Positions 52,480 through 63,996 of a stretch of 64,000 nt of DNA are shown here, one piece after another. The notes beneath the pieces were generated by a model. The model was given only the letters and a program-made list of their open reading frames with translations, made no database searches and had not been told where the DNA came from. Numbering within the stretch: position 1 is the stretch's first letter; each line of letters opens with the position of its first letter. This stretch comes from Octopus sinensis (Eukaryota): assembly GCF_006345805.1 (NCBI RefSeq), contig NC_043022.1, positions 22,630,001 to 22,694,000 on the forward strand, written 5' to 3'. Both the position numbers and the translations under genes were made by a program.

Positions 52480-52857
52480 TAATCTACCTTAATTTAAATG
52501 TAGATATTTCTGTTGCGATGCTATGTGTTTCTTTCAATTAATTTTAAATATAATAAAGAATTTAGTAAAATAACTTAGTTATCGTTAAGCTAGTGTTGGG
52601 AACATAAATTGTGACTAAGGTTTGGTGGAAGATTTTAATTCAAAACTTATGGAAAACAAGACATTTGTTACCATATTTCTGTTGAGATGCTCTGTGTTTC
52701 TTTCAATTAATTTTAAATATAATAAAGAATTTAGTAAAATAACTTAGTTATCGTTAAGCTAGTGTTAGGAACATAAATTGTGTCTAAAGTTTGGTGGAAG
52801 ATTTTAATTAAAAACAAGACATTTGTTACCATGTTTCTGTTGAGATGCTCTGTGTAT
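52480..52857. mobile_element. Partial piggyBac-type MITE, reverse orientation, internally duplicated
   Basis: Reverse complement of the 4780-5110 block, repeated. Confidence 0.7.
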
Positions 52858-53046
52858 CAGCCTTTGCCTTCCCCTTGGATAACACTGGTGGCGTGGAGAG
52901 GGGAGGCCAGTATGCATGGGTGACTGCTGGACTTCCATAAACAATCTTGCCCAGAGACTTGTGCCTGGGAGGGTAACTTTCTAGGTGCAATCCCATGGTC
53001 AGTCATGATTGAAGGGGGTCTCAACTCTCTCTCTCTCTCTCTCTCC

Positions 53047-53080
<34 letters not shown>

Positions 53081-53096
53081 CTATATATATATATAT

Positions 53097-54418
53097 ATAG
53101 GAAGGTAGACAAATTTCAAATGCCATCAGGTAGATGGCCCTGCTCGATCTGTAGAAAAGGCGTAGGTAGGAACTCTATAAGATGCACCAAGTGTAAGCTA
53201 TGGACACATATGAGGTGCAGCAATGTTAAAGGAAGGCTAACTAGGAAAATAGTTTTTGTATGTGGCAGATGCTCTGGTGCAATAAACACTGAAAGTGTGC
53301 AGAGACCATCTTCCGTCACATTCCAGGGAGAAAAACTTGAAATAGTTGATACTTTCCGTTACCTAGGTGACCAAGTCAGTAGCGGGGGTGGGTGTGCCGA
53401 AAGTGTAACTGCTAGAGTAAGAATAGCCTGGGCAAAGTTCAGAGAGCTCTTACCTCTGCTGGTGACAAAAGGCCTCTCGCTCAGAGTAAAAGGCAGACTG
53501 TATGATGCGTGTGTACGAACAGCCATGCTACATGGCAGTGAAACATGGGCCGTGACTGCTGAGGATATGCGTAAGCTTGCAAGAAATGAAGCCAGTATGC
53601 TCCGTTGGATGTGTAATGTCAGTGTTCATACCCGACAGAGTGTAAGTGCCTTGAGAGAAAAGTTGGACCTAAGAAGCATCAGATGTGGTGTGCAAGAGAG
53701 GCGTCTACGCTGGTATGGACACGTAGTAAGAATGGATGAAGATAGTTGTGTGAAAAAGTGCCACACCCTGGCGGTTGAGGGAACCTGTGGAAGAGGCAGA
53801 CCCAGGAAAACCTGGGACGAGGTGGTGAAGAACGACCTTCGCTCCTTAGGTCTCACCGAGGAAATGACCAGAGACCGAGACCTTTGGAAGTATGCTGTGC
53901 GTGAGAAGACCCGGCTGGACAAGTGAGGCCATAACCCATGGCCCCTACCTGGAACGTAGTCAGTCCACCTATGCATACCTTCCTTCTTGGGACACATAAC
54001 TCTACTTGTGAAGACCTGTTGAGGCAAGTGAAAATGGACAAAATCAAAAGCAAACTCGATGAGCATTAATGGAATTTGTAGTTTTGTGGTACCAGTGCCG
54101 GTGGCACATACAAAAACCATCCGAACGTGGCCGTAGCCAGTACCGCATTGACTGGCCTCCGTGCCGGTGGCACGTAAAAAACACCATCCGAGCATGGCCG
54201 TTCGCCAGCCTCGTCTGGCACCTGTGTCGGTGGCACATAAAATCACCTACTACACTCTCGAAGTGGTTGGCGTTAGGAAGGGCATCCAGCTGTAGAAACA
54301 CTGCCAGATCTGACTGGCCTGGTGCAGCCTTCGGGCTTCCCAGGCCCCAGTTGAACCGTCCAACCCATGCTAGCATGGAAAGCAGACGTTAAACGATGAT
54401 GATGATGATGATGATGAT
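53097..54418 (+). mobile_element. RTE-clade LINE of the same family, 5'-truncated
   Basis: ORF to TGA 53926 highly similar to 28862-29680; same 3' UTR and (ATG)n tail. Confidence 0.95.
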
Positions 54419-55020
54419 ATGTATGTATGTAAAGGCAGCAAGCTTGCAGAAACGTTAGCACGCCAGGCGAAATGCTTAGCAGTCAGGCGCTACGTTCGGA
54501 GTTCAAATTCCACCGAGGTCGACTTTGCCTTTAATCCTTTCGGAGTCGATAAATTAAGTATCAGTTACACACTGGGGTCAATGTAATCGACTTAAACACT
54601 TTGTCTGCCTTTGTTTGTCCCCTCTATGTTTAGACCCTTGTGGGCAATGAAGAAATAAGAAGGTACTTGCCCAAGGTGCTATGCAGTGGGACTGAACCCA
54701 GAACCATGTGGTTAGGAAGCAAGCTCTCGCCACACGGCCTTGCCTGTTTATAATTTTATAATCTTTATTATAATTTTATTTTCATTCCTGTTGGATTCTA
54801 CTTATCTGTCCACAACAGTTTTTTTTTTCAATTTGGCTACAATTTCTCTACCTCCATTCCTACGTACGGAGCATTAGTTTAGCTGAACTTGAATAACGCA
54901 TTCAGTTAGTAGTGCAGCAGATAACTTCTGAAATGCTTCAAAATGTGTTTCACAATGCTAAGCATAGATTTGAAATTTGCAGGGATACAGATGGAGTACA
55001 GGTTGAAAATTTTCAATAAA

Positions 55021-55330
55021 GGCGCAGGAGTGGCTGTGTGGTAAGTAGCTTGCTAACCAACCACATGGTTCCGGGTTCAGTCCCACTGCGTGGCATCTTG
55101 GGCAAGTGTCTTCTGCTATAGCCCCGGGCCAACCAATGCCTTGTGAGTGGATTTGGTAGACAGAAACTAAAAGAAGCCTGTCGTATATATGTATATGTAT
55201 GTGTGTGTCTGTGTTTGTCCCCCTAGCGTTGCTTGACAACCGATGCTGATGTGTTTACATCCCCGTCACTTAGTGGTTTGGCAAAAGAGACTGAGTGGAT
55301 TTGGTAGACGGAAACTGAAAGAAGCCTGTC

Positions 55331-55374
<44 letters not shown>

Positions 55375-55575
55375 GTGTGTTTGTCCTCCTGGCATTGCTT
55401 GACAACCGATGCTGGTGTGTTTACATCCCCGTTACTTAGCGGTTCAGCAAAAGAGACCGATAGAATAAGTACTGGGCTTACAAAGAATAAGTCCCAGGGT
55501 CGATTTGCTCGACTAAAGGCAGTGCTCCAGCATAGCCGCAGTCAAATGACTGAAACAAGTAAAAGAGTGAAAGAG
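55021..55575 (+). mobile_element. SINE family A with an internal tandem duplication
   Basis: The body restarts at gtggatttggtagacggaaac (55295). Confidence 0.85.
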
Positions 55576-56039
55576 TAAAAGAATAAGATTTATAAATCTA
55601 TTCATTTTGGTATAATGCTTGAGACCCCCTTCGGTCATGACTGACCGTGGGATTGCACATAGAAAGTTATTCTCCCAGGTACAAGTCCAGGCAAGGTTGT
55701 TTATGGAAGACTAGCAGTCGCCCATGCATACCGGCCTCCCCACTCCACACCACCGATGTTGTCCAAGGGAAAGGCAAATCCTGATACAGCTTCACACCAG
55801 TGATATTGGAACTCATTTCTACAGCTGAGTGAATGGAGCAACGTGAAATAAAGTGTCTTGCTCAAGAACACAACAAGCAGTGCGGTCCGGGATTCGAACT
55901 CACAACCTCACAATCGTAAGCTTGATGCTCTAACCACTGAGCCATTTGGTATAATAATTAAGTAATAAACATAAAATTCTGTCAGTTTTTTTTTTTTTAT
56001 TTTCCTGATTTCATTGAAATAGATAGCTAATTCTGGGAC

Positions 56040-56330
56040 ACCCTTAATGGAACAAAACGGACTTGTAACAAGCTGCGAAAACTAATAAGGAGAGTACAAG
56101 AGGTGGTCAAAAAAGCCAGCTTCTATATATGGCTGAAGCGGGAAGACCAAATATGGCTTGAAAGTCATAACGTGCCGGCGGGAAATAACATCACTAGGTG
56201 AGACAAGCTGACACTGAATCAGCTTCACTGACTGACAGGTGATGGTCGTTTAGAGAATGCGCGGGCTAAGACTACGCGCCTTCACTAGTCAGTTAAGGTG
56301 AGACAGTGTCACGTGACAACTTACTGGGGC
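56040..56330 (+). mobile_element. Possible HERO-type (RLE) non-LTR element C-terminal fragment
   Basis: Frame reads KLIRRVQEVVKKASFYIWLKREDQIW, resembling recalled HERO C-termini (EKAS.WLWLKR.D.W). Confidence 0.45.
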
Positions 56331-56673
56331 TGCCTGCGGCAGGTATTTAAAGGGAAAAATTTGACAAGTCAGTCAGTCACTGGCTGACACTCGCTGACGA
56401 TACATCGAAGAGGCCAAGGAACAGAAGAAAGAAAACATGCACCCAACACCAGAGCCGTCAAAACGGTAGGGGGGGGGGCCCGTCACGTCAAAACGGTAGA
56501 GGAGTAGGGGACGAAATTAGATGTGGTTCCTCCTGAATATGTCTTGAGCTAACTGGATCCTATAAAGGAGCTGTTGTGGTAGCAGACCATGAAACCCGGT
56601 TGTAATTCCTCCTTAAGTGATAAAGAGAGGATTATAGTACTAGACATTTTAAGTAGGAAATAGAATATCTCAC

Positions 56674-56725
56674 CGTCAGACTGTCTGCTTCTCGATTTTT
56701 CTTTTCAGCAAGTTCCTCTGCTTTC
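56674..56725 (-). CDS. FHAD1: FHAD1-like 52-nt exon (KAEELAEKKNREADSLT)
   Basis: ttctttattttacag|G AAA ... ACG|gtgaga; phase 2->0, exactly bridges the neighbouring exons. Confidence 0.85.
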
Positions 56726-56914
56726 CTGTAAAATAAAGAATAAAAGAATAATTGAAGAGAATATAAAACTGGTGTATAGTGTAGAATAACGTAATGAGTT
56801 AAAATATGAAGTAAGAGAAGAGAATCAGTATGTGGTGTAGAACAATGGAATGTGAATAAATTATAAAACTAACAGAATGACAGAACGTTTAGCAACCTTA
56901 ACCATCAGAGATCG

Positions 56915-57365
56915 TAGAATGAAGAGAAAGATGGTGGGGAGGGAAGGTGAAGGGGGGGAGAAGGATGAAGAAAAGCGGAGGAGGAGGACGACGACAAAGA
57001 AGAGAAGAGGAGTAGGATGATGACGAAGAAGAGAGGCGGAGGACGACGACAACGAAGAAGAAGAGGAGGAGGAGGAGGAAGAAGAAGAAGTAAAAGAAAA
57101 GGAAGAAGAGGAGGAAGAGAAAGATGATGGGGAGGGAAGGTGAAGGGAGGAGGGAGAGGAGGGGAGAAGGAAGAAGAGGGAGAAGGATGAAGAAAAGCGG
57201 AGGAGGACGACAACAAAGAAGAGAAGAGGAGGAGGACGATGATGAAGAAGAGAGGAGGAGGAGGAGGAAGAAGAAGAAGAAGAGGAGGGGGAAGAAGAAG
57301 AAGAAGAAAATGAAAAGGAAGAAGGGGAGGAAGAGAAGAGGAGAAAGAAAAGATGATGAGAGGAA
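56915..57365. repeat. Purine-rich (GAA/GAG)n low-complexity tract with a duplicated ~200-bp block
   Basis: gatggtggggagggaaggtgaaggg..gaaggatgaagaaaagcggaggagg occurs twice. Confidence 0.9.
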
Positions 57366-57727
57366 GAGAGTTGTTTGTTATTAGTGTAGTGTAGAAGGCA
57401 ACAGAATGAGGATCTAGCAGTTCTGTCCCCCTGTTAAACCAGGGCTCCACAACCCTTTTTCACTTGTGGTACACATATATTCTTTACAAAATTCGGTGGC
57501 ACACCTGAACTAAAAATATAACTAAAAGTATAGGGAAAAAATTACATAGGCGCAGGAGTGGCTGTGTGGTAAGTAGCTTGCTTACCAACCACATGGTTCC
57601 AGGTTCATTCCCACTGCGTGGCACCTTGGGCAAGTGTCTTCTACTATAGCCGCAGGCCGACCAAAGCCTTGTGAGTGGATTTTGTAGATGGAAACTGAAA
57701 GAAGCCTGTCGTATATATGTATATATA

Positions 57728-58103
57728 TCTTCTCTCTATATATATACGGCAGTTTGTCTGTGCGTGTTTCTGTGTGTCTGTTTGCTTGTACCCTCACCCT
57801 GACCACGGCTTTCAACCGATTCTGATGAAACTTGACACACACATAGCCCAATGTCATAATTCAAAACTAACGCAGCGAAAATTTTGAAAAGTTCCCCCAG
57901 TTCTGAAAAAAATCGATAAATTCGACATGGGGTCGAGAATCAGATACACAAACCACAGACTGTCTAGGGGACGCAACTCAACCTTTTTTAACTCAAAAAA
58001 AATTTACCATCATTTTTTTTGATATTTTTTGGCTATAACTCTCTAAAAATGCTTTATAGTTATTTCCCTTACAAACCTGAGCAACGCCGGGCGATACTGC
58101 TAG
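57728..58103 (+). mobile_element. Non-autonomous Helitron-like element inserted in the central (TA)n of a SINE
   Basis: Same termini as 16309-16690; the SINE body continues on both sides. Confidence 0.75.
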
Positions 58104-58417
58104 TATTATGTATATATATATATATATTATATATATATATATGTATGTGTGTGTGTCTGTGTTTGTTCCCCCAACATTGCTTGACAACCGATGCTGGTGT
58201 GTTTATGTCCCCGTAACTTAGCGGTTTGGCAAAAGTGACCGATAGAATAAGTACTAGGCATAGAAGTGGCTGTGTGGTAAGTAGATTGTTTATGAACCAC
58301 ATGGTTCTGGGTTCAGTCCCACTGCATGACACCTTCTACTATAGCCTCGGGTCGACCAAAGCCTTGTGAGTGGATTTGGTTGAAGGAAACTGAAAGAAGC
58401 CTGTCGTATATATATAT

Positions 58418-58448
<31 letters not shown>

Positions 58449-58921
58449 TTATATATATGTGTGTGTGTGTATGTTTGTGTGTCTGTGTTTGTACTCCCAA
58501 CAGCGCTTGACAACCGATGGTGGTGTGTTTATGTCCCTGTCACTTAGCGGTTCAGCAAAAGAGACCGATAGAATAAGTACTAGGCTTACAAAGAATAAGT
58601 CCTGGGGTCGATTTGTTCGACTACAGGCGGTTCTCCAGCACGGCCACAGTCAAATGACTGAAACAAGCAAAAGAGAAAAAAAAGAAGATATTCGGGTTAG
58701 ACTGCGGCACACTGAGCATCGTCTTGTGGCACACTAGGGTGACTGTGCTTTTAGCACTGTATGTCTATGAGAGGATGTCTCAAGATGAATGCCACAGAAA
58801 AGCAGCATTCTGACAATACACCCATAGGATATAAAACTACATGTGCACAACCAACAACAACAAGAACTATATCCATGACTACAATCACAACAACAATTAC
58901 ATCAAAAACAAAAAAAAATAA

Positions 58922-59354
58922 GAATCTTTTTAGTTTGAACGGCAGTTTTTAACATAATTTCTAGGTAACTAAAAAATTTTAAACTTCGTATACTGGTAGA
59001 ATGTGTTTATAAAACATCTTTTTCTCTTGGCTTTATTGAGAAAATTCTATAGTTTGTAATATATTTGTTGTTTTTTTTCTTCAATTTCTGCAATTTCAAC
59101 CAATCAGTGACGTCTATTGAGGTAAAAAAACATTCTGTGCCGTATGAATATGTCCCTTGTTTAAGAAACAGATTGGGTTTATTTACATTTCTGAAGAAAA
59201 AAAGATACCCTTCCCCCACCCCTAAACCTAACCCTAACCAACCCTAACCCTAAAACAGATTGAAATGCAATAGATCGATACTAGGGTCATAATTATGGGT
59301 GACGATTTCATATGACACTGCTAGAAAAAACTGCTGGTCAAACCGAAAAGATCC
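58922..59354. mobile_element. Same TIR MITE
   Basis: Collinear with 5759-6180; ends 35 bp from the FHAD1-like donor site at 59389. Confidence 0.82.
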
Positions 59355-59389
59355 AAAAAATAACTATAACAGTAACTACATCATCTTAC

Positions 59390-59610
59390 CGAAGCTGGCC
59401 CAAACTTCCTTCATAGTCTTGCAACAATTCCTGTTTCCGTTCCAACTGTTGTTGAAGATTCTGAATTTCCTGAAGAAGTCGTTGACAAATCTCTTTTCTC
59501 TTTAGAATGACATTGTCTCTTTCATTTTGTGAGATGTGGGCAACAGACTGTAACCCCGAGTTGCCTTTCATTTCTAGTGAACTCAGCAGATTTTTCAACA
59601 GAAATAAGAA
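59390..59610 (-). CDS. FHAD1: FHAD1-like exon (FLFLLKNLLSSLEMKGNSGLQSVAHISQNER...LERKQELLQDYEGSLGQLR)
   Basis: tcttccag|TTC ... CTT CG|gtaaga; phase 0->2; aligns without gaps to the recalled human FHAD1 C-terminal region YLDMSKTLGSLMNIKNMSG...LGRKEELLRGYEKDVEQLR. Confidence 0.88.
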
Positions 59611-59666
59611 CTGGAAGAGATGTAGTTTTGAAAAACAGAGAGAAAATATACATATATATATATAAG

Positions 59667-60076
59667 TAGGAGTGGCTGTGTGGTAAGTAGCTTGTTTACC
59701 AACCACATGGTTCCAGGTTCAGTCCCACTGCATGGCACCTTGGGCAAGTGTCTTCTACTATAACCTCGGGCCGACCAAAGCCTCGTGAGTGGATTTGGTA
59801 GACGGAAACTGAAAGAAGACCGTCGTATATATGTATATATATATATATGTGTGTGTGTGTGTATATGTTTGTGTGTCTGTGTTTGTCCCCCCCAACATCA
59901 CATGACAACCGATGCTGGTGTGTTTACGTCACCGTAACTTAGCAGTTCGGCAAAAGAGACCAATAGAATAAGTACTAGGCTTACAAAGAATAAGTCCTGG
60001 GGTCGATTTGCTCGACTAAAGGCGGTGCTCCAGCATGGCCACAGTCAAATGACTGAAACAAGTAAAAGAGTAAAGA

Positions 60077-60078
<2 letters not shown>
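59667..60078 (+). mobile_element. SINE family A, full length
   Basis: Collinear with 30137-30540. Confidence 0.88.
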
Positions 60079-60118
<40 letters not shown>

Positions 60119-60119
60119 A

Positions 60120-60480
60120 GATAATGGTGTCATTGAGACCCAAAGGTGTCAAGTAATGTGGAATAAGTGCTATAGACAGACCATAGTTAAGTTCCAGATT
60201 CGGTAATATTGCGAATAAAGGGTTCAACTTTGGTTCTATGTCAGCGTGTGTATATAAGAATTCTTTTGCGTAATAAGATAAAAAACCAAAGCTGTGTAGA
60301 TAGTAGACCGTTTATAGATAGAAGGTCTTACAGCTGTTTCTAGGATATTTATTAATTAAATCCCTTCATCGAAGACGGTGTGAGAGGATGGTTAAGTCAT
60401 AGTTTAGATGTGATACAAAATAGAGAGTGAGGTGGAGGAAAGAAAATAGATGCAAGATATGTATGGGTATTGAAGTTGTG
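60120..60480 (-). mobile_element. Probable Penelope-like element fragment (hammerhead followed by a short ORF relic); related fragment at 33540-33640 (+)
   Basis: NLELNYGLSIALIPHYLTPLGLNDTI here versus NLELNYGLSLALIQHNLTPLGLTDTI at 33550; hammerhead motif lies 5' of it. Confidence 0.45.
60325..60376 (-). ncRNA. Candidate type-I hammerhead in a Penelope-like element fragment
   Basis: GUCU-UCGAUGA-A-GGGAU/AUCCU-A-GAAA-C AGCU G-UA^-AGAC; palindromic stem III loop; core positions 3-4 deviate. Confidence 0.55.
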
Positions 60481-60697
60481 GCACCTACATCAGTGATTGT
60501 TATGTGACACCAGCACTTCTTACATGGCACCAACATCAATGCTTCTTATGTGGAACCAGCACAAGTACTTAAACCTGTCTGCTTCAAAATATTCATAAAC
60601 AAACAAACAAACAAACAAAAGGGAAAGAGACAGAGAAAAAGGGTAAGAGAGAGGGAAAGAGAGAAAGAGATTGAGCAAGAAACCAAGAGTGACTCAC

Positions 60698-60873
60698 CGA
60701 GTTTTCACTTGCCTCAAGCGCATTAAGAGTGTCTCTGTGAGAATTCCTCTCTAACTCAGCTTCACAACTGGCAGATGGGTAATGTTGTTGTAGGCAAGAA
60801 TTGTTGGAGCTGACATTGTCAGGTATTCCATGACTGTCTTCTTCACGGATCAACAGAATTTTTTTGTCAACAG
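60698..60873 (-). CDS. FHAD1: FHAD1-like exon (VDKKILLIREEDSHG...ELERNSHRDTLNALEASENS)
   Basis: tattacatag|CT GTT ... TCG|gtgagt; phase 1->0; LEASE resembles the recalled human FHAD1 segment ALELSEKL. Confidence 0.82.
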
Positions 60874-60914
60874 CTATGTAATAAAAAAAACAAAAAAAAA
60901 TACTGTTGCAACAC

Positions 60915-61110
60915 TTGTTTCAGTCATTTGACTGTGGCCATGCTGGAGCACCGCCTTTAGTTGAGGAAATCGATCCCAGGACTTATTCTTTGTAAGCCTA
61001 GTACTTATTCTATCAGTCGCTTTTGCTGAACCACCAAGTTACGTGGACGTAAACACACCAGCATTGGTGGTCAAGCAATGTTGGGGGGGACAAACACAGA
61101 CACACAAACA

Positions 61111-61164
<54 letters not shown>

Positions 61165-61318
61165 CATATATACGATGGACTTCTTTCAGTTTCCATCTAC
61201 AAAATCTACTCACAAGGCCTTGGTAGAAGATACTTGCCCAAGGTGCCACACAGTGGGACTGAACCCGGAACCATGTGGTTGATAAGCAAGATACTTACCA
61301 CACAGCCACTCCTGCACC
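60915..61318 (-). mobile_element. SINE family A
   Basis: Reverse complement of the family sequence. Confidence 0.85.
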
Positions 61319-61531
61319 TATATATTGAAAAGAAGCCTTCCCTCAGGCTGGCCAGAGCCTTGTGAGTGAATTTGGGAGACAGAAACTGAAAGAAGCCTAA
61401 TATATACATATATCTATGTGTGTGTGTGTCTTTGTGTCTGTATTTGTCCCCCATCACCACTTCTTGAGAATTAGTGTTGGTGTGTTTACATTCCTGTAAC
61501 TTAGTGGTTTGGCAAAAGAGACCAACAGAAT

Positions 61532-62084
61532 AAGTTAAGTTAATTTTTTGGCTCAAAAAGCAAAAAGCAAGGCCATGTAGGGGGACAGGGAGTTATGTAC
61601 AGGGAGGGTGTTCATGCAAAGAGTTCAGGCCATTTCTGGTCAAGAGAGACTTTGAACTGAGCGGTCGTCGGCATCTTCACTATCTCGTCCGGCAGCATAT
61701 TCCATGGATCCACGACCCGGACGGAGAAAGCCCCTCTCCTTTGATTGAGATGAAATCGTCGCAGATAGAGCTTTACGGAGTAACCCCGCAGCCCACGCAC
61801 TGGAGCAGGAGTGAAGAACAGCTCTTTCAAGAGGTTACACTTTCCGCTTATGATGTTGTGAGCAAGAATGAGATCACCACGGCGTCGTCGTTTTTCTAGA
61901 GAATAAAGGTCAAGAGTCTTCATAGGACAAATGCTTGAGACCAAGAACCATGCGGGTAGCCAGCTTCTGGACTCTTTCAAGATGATGTATGTCTCTGAGG
62001 AGATAAGGAGAAGAGGCTTGAATCCTGTGCTCCAATATGGGTCTCACCAGCATGACATAGAGCGGTAGGAATATGGCTGCTGTG
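61532..62084 (-). mobile_element. 3' fragment of the same CR1-like LINE family, inserted into a SINE
   Basis: Similar to 43300-43850 (LYLRRFHLN.RRGAFSVRV..PWN.LP..LDQKWPELF); small internal deletion; flanks agaataagt / agaattagt. Confidence 0.9.
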
Positions 62085-62298
62085 AGAATTAGTACCAGGC
62101 TTTACAAAACATAAATAAGTACTGGGGTCAATTCGTTCAACTAGAATTCTCCAAGGCAGTACCCCAGCATGGGCAGAGTCTAATGACCAAAACAAGTCAG
62201 AGATACATGATGTTTATCCAAAAACATACAATCAAAAAAAGCACTTTGTGGATGAATAAGGCAAAAACAACTTCCTGAACTTCAAAGGGTGTACTTAC

Positions 62299-62353
62299 GG
62301 AACGGAGGTGGTTTTAATTCTTCGTTACAGGACTCGCTCTTTTCTGGGATATC
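62299..62353 (-). CDS. FHAD1: FHAD1-like gene, most 5' exon found in window (DIPEKSESCNEELKPPPF)
   Basis: Minus strand ttttttggaag|GAT ... TTC C|gtaagt; 55 nt, ends phase 1, matching the phase-1 start of exon 60698-60873. Confidence 0.65.
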
Positions 62354-62830
62354 CTTCCAAAAAATTTAAAGTAAAATTTATATAGTCAAATATTTCAAAC
62401 AACCTTGGTAAACAACATTTATACAGACAGATGTTTAATATCGCCTTGTTAAATAACATTTATATAAACAGACATTTTAAATAGTCTTGTTTATTAATGT
62501 TTATATAAATGGGTATATTACACAGACATGCTAAATAACGTTTACATAGAAATATTTGAAGTGGTCTTGTGGAATAACATATCTTTAACTTGTTTCAGTG
62601 GCCATGTTGGGGCATTGGCTTGAAGAATTTTTTTGTCAAATGAATCAACCCCCAGCACTTACTTTTTTGCTAAGCATGGTACTTATTCTATCCATCTCTT
62701 TAGCTGAGATGCTAAGTTACAGGGACATAAACACAGCAACATTGGTTGTCAACAGTACTGGAGGACAAGTACCGTTGGCGATTTTTTTTTTCCCTCTGTC
62801 TTCCCTTCTCTGGATCTTTCCTTCTCCTAT

Positions 62831-62865
62831 GTTTCAGACGAAGAGCTCCGCTCGAAACGTTAAAC
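62831..62865 (+). ncRNA. Candidate minimal type-I hammerhead (U4A, extra A after A9)
   Basis: GUUU-CAGACGA-A-GAGC ucc GCUC-GAA-ACGU-U^-AAAC; stem I GUUU/AAAC; ACGU palindrome as stem III. Confidence 0.52.
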
Positions 62866-63606
62866 CCTCCTTCTTTCCTGAGCGTCCAATAATACTATAT
62901 TTGTTCCACGTCCTCGCGCTGTTGTGTTTTTTTGTGTTTTCTTGTTTGGATTATATATATATATACACGATGGGCTTCTTTCTACCAAATCCATATATAC
63001 ACAGATACATCATGGGCTTCTGTCTACCAGATCCACTCACAAGGCTTTGGTTGACCTGAGGCTATAGTAAAAGACACTTGTCAAAGGTGCCATGCAGTGG
63101 GATTGAACCCGGAACCATGTGGTTACAAAGCAAGCTTCTTAACACACAGCCGTGCCTGTGCCTCTATCGACATATTTTGAATACTCCGGATAAATAACAT
63201 TTATATAGACAAACATTTTAAACAGGCCTATTAAATAACATCTATATAGATATACATTTTAAACAATCTTATTAAATGACATTTATATAAACAGATATTT
63301 TAAATAGTTCTGTTAAATAACATTTATATAAACAGAATATTTTAAATAATAAGGGTGGTGAGCTAGCAGAAACGTTAGCACACCGAGTGAAATGCTTTGT
63401 GGTATTTCATCTGCCACTGCATTCTGAGTTCAAATTCCACCAAGGTTGACTTTGCCTTTCATCCTTTCGTCGTTGATAAATTAAGTACCAGTGACGCACT
63501 GGTGTCAATGTAATCAACTTAATCTGTTTGTCTGTCCTTGTTTGTCCCCTCTATGTTTAGCCCCTTGTGGGCAATAAAAAAAAAAGGAATATTTTAAATA
63601 TTTAGA

Positions 63607-63996
63607 CGTAGGAGTGGCTGTGTGGTAAATAGCGTGCTTACAAACCACATGGTTCTGGGTTCACTCCCACTGCGTGGCACCTTGGGCAAGTGTCTTCTAC
63701 TATAGCCTCGGGCCAACCAAAGCCTTGTGAGTGGATTTGGTAGACGGAAACTGAAAGAAGCCCATCATATGTATATATATGTATGTGTGTGTGTGTCTGT
63801 GTTTGTCTCCCCGACATCACTTAACAACCAATGCTGGTGTGTTTACGCCCCTGTAACTTAGTGGTTCGGCAAAAGAGACCAATAGAATAAGTACTAGGCT
63901 TACAAAGAATAAGTCCTGGGGGTGATTTGATCGAGGTGGTGCTCCAGCATGGCCACAGTCAAATGACTGAAACAAGTAAAAAGGTAAAAGAGTAAC
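63607..63996 (+). mobile_element. SINE family A, full length
   Basis: Collinear with 30137-30540. Confidence 0.88.
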
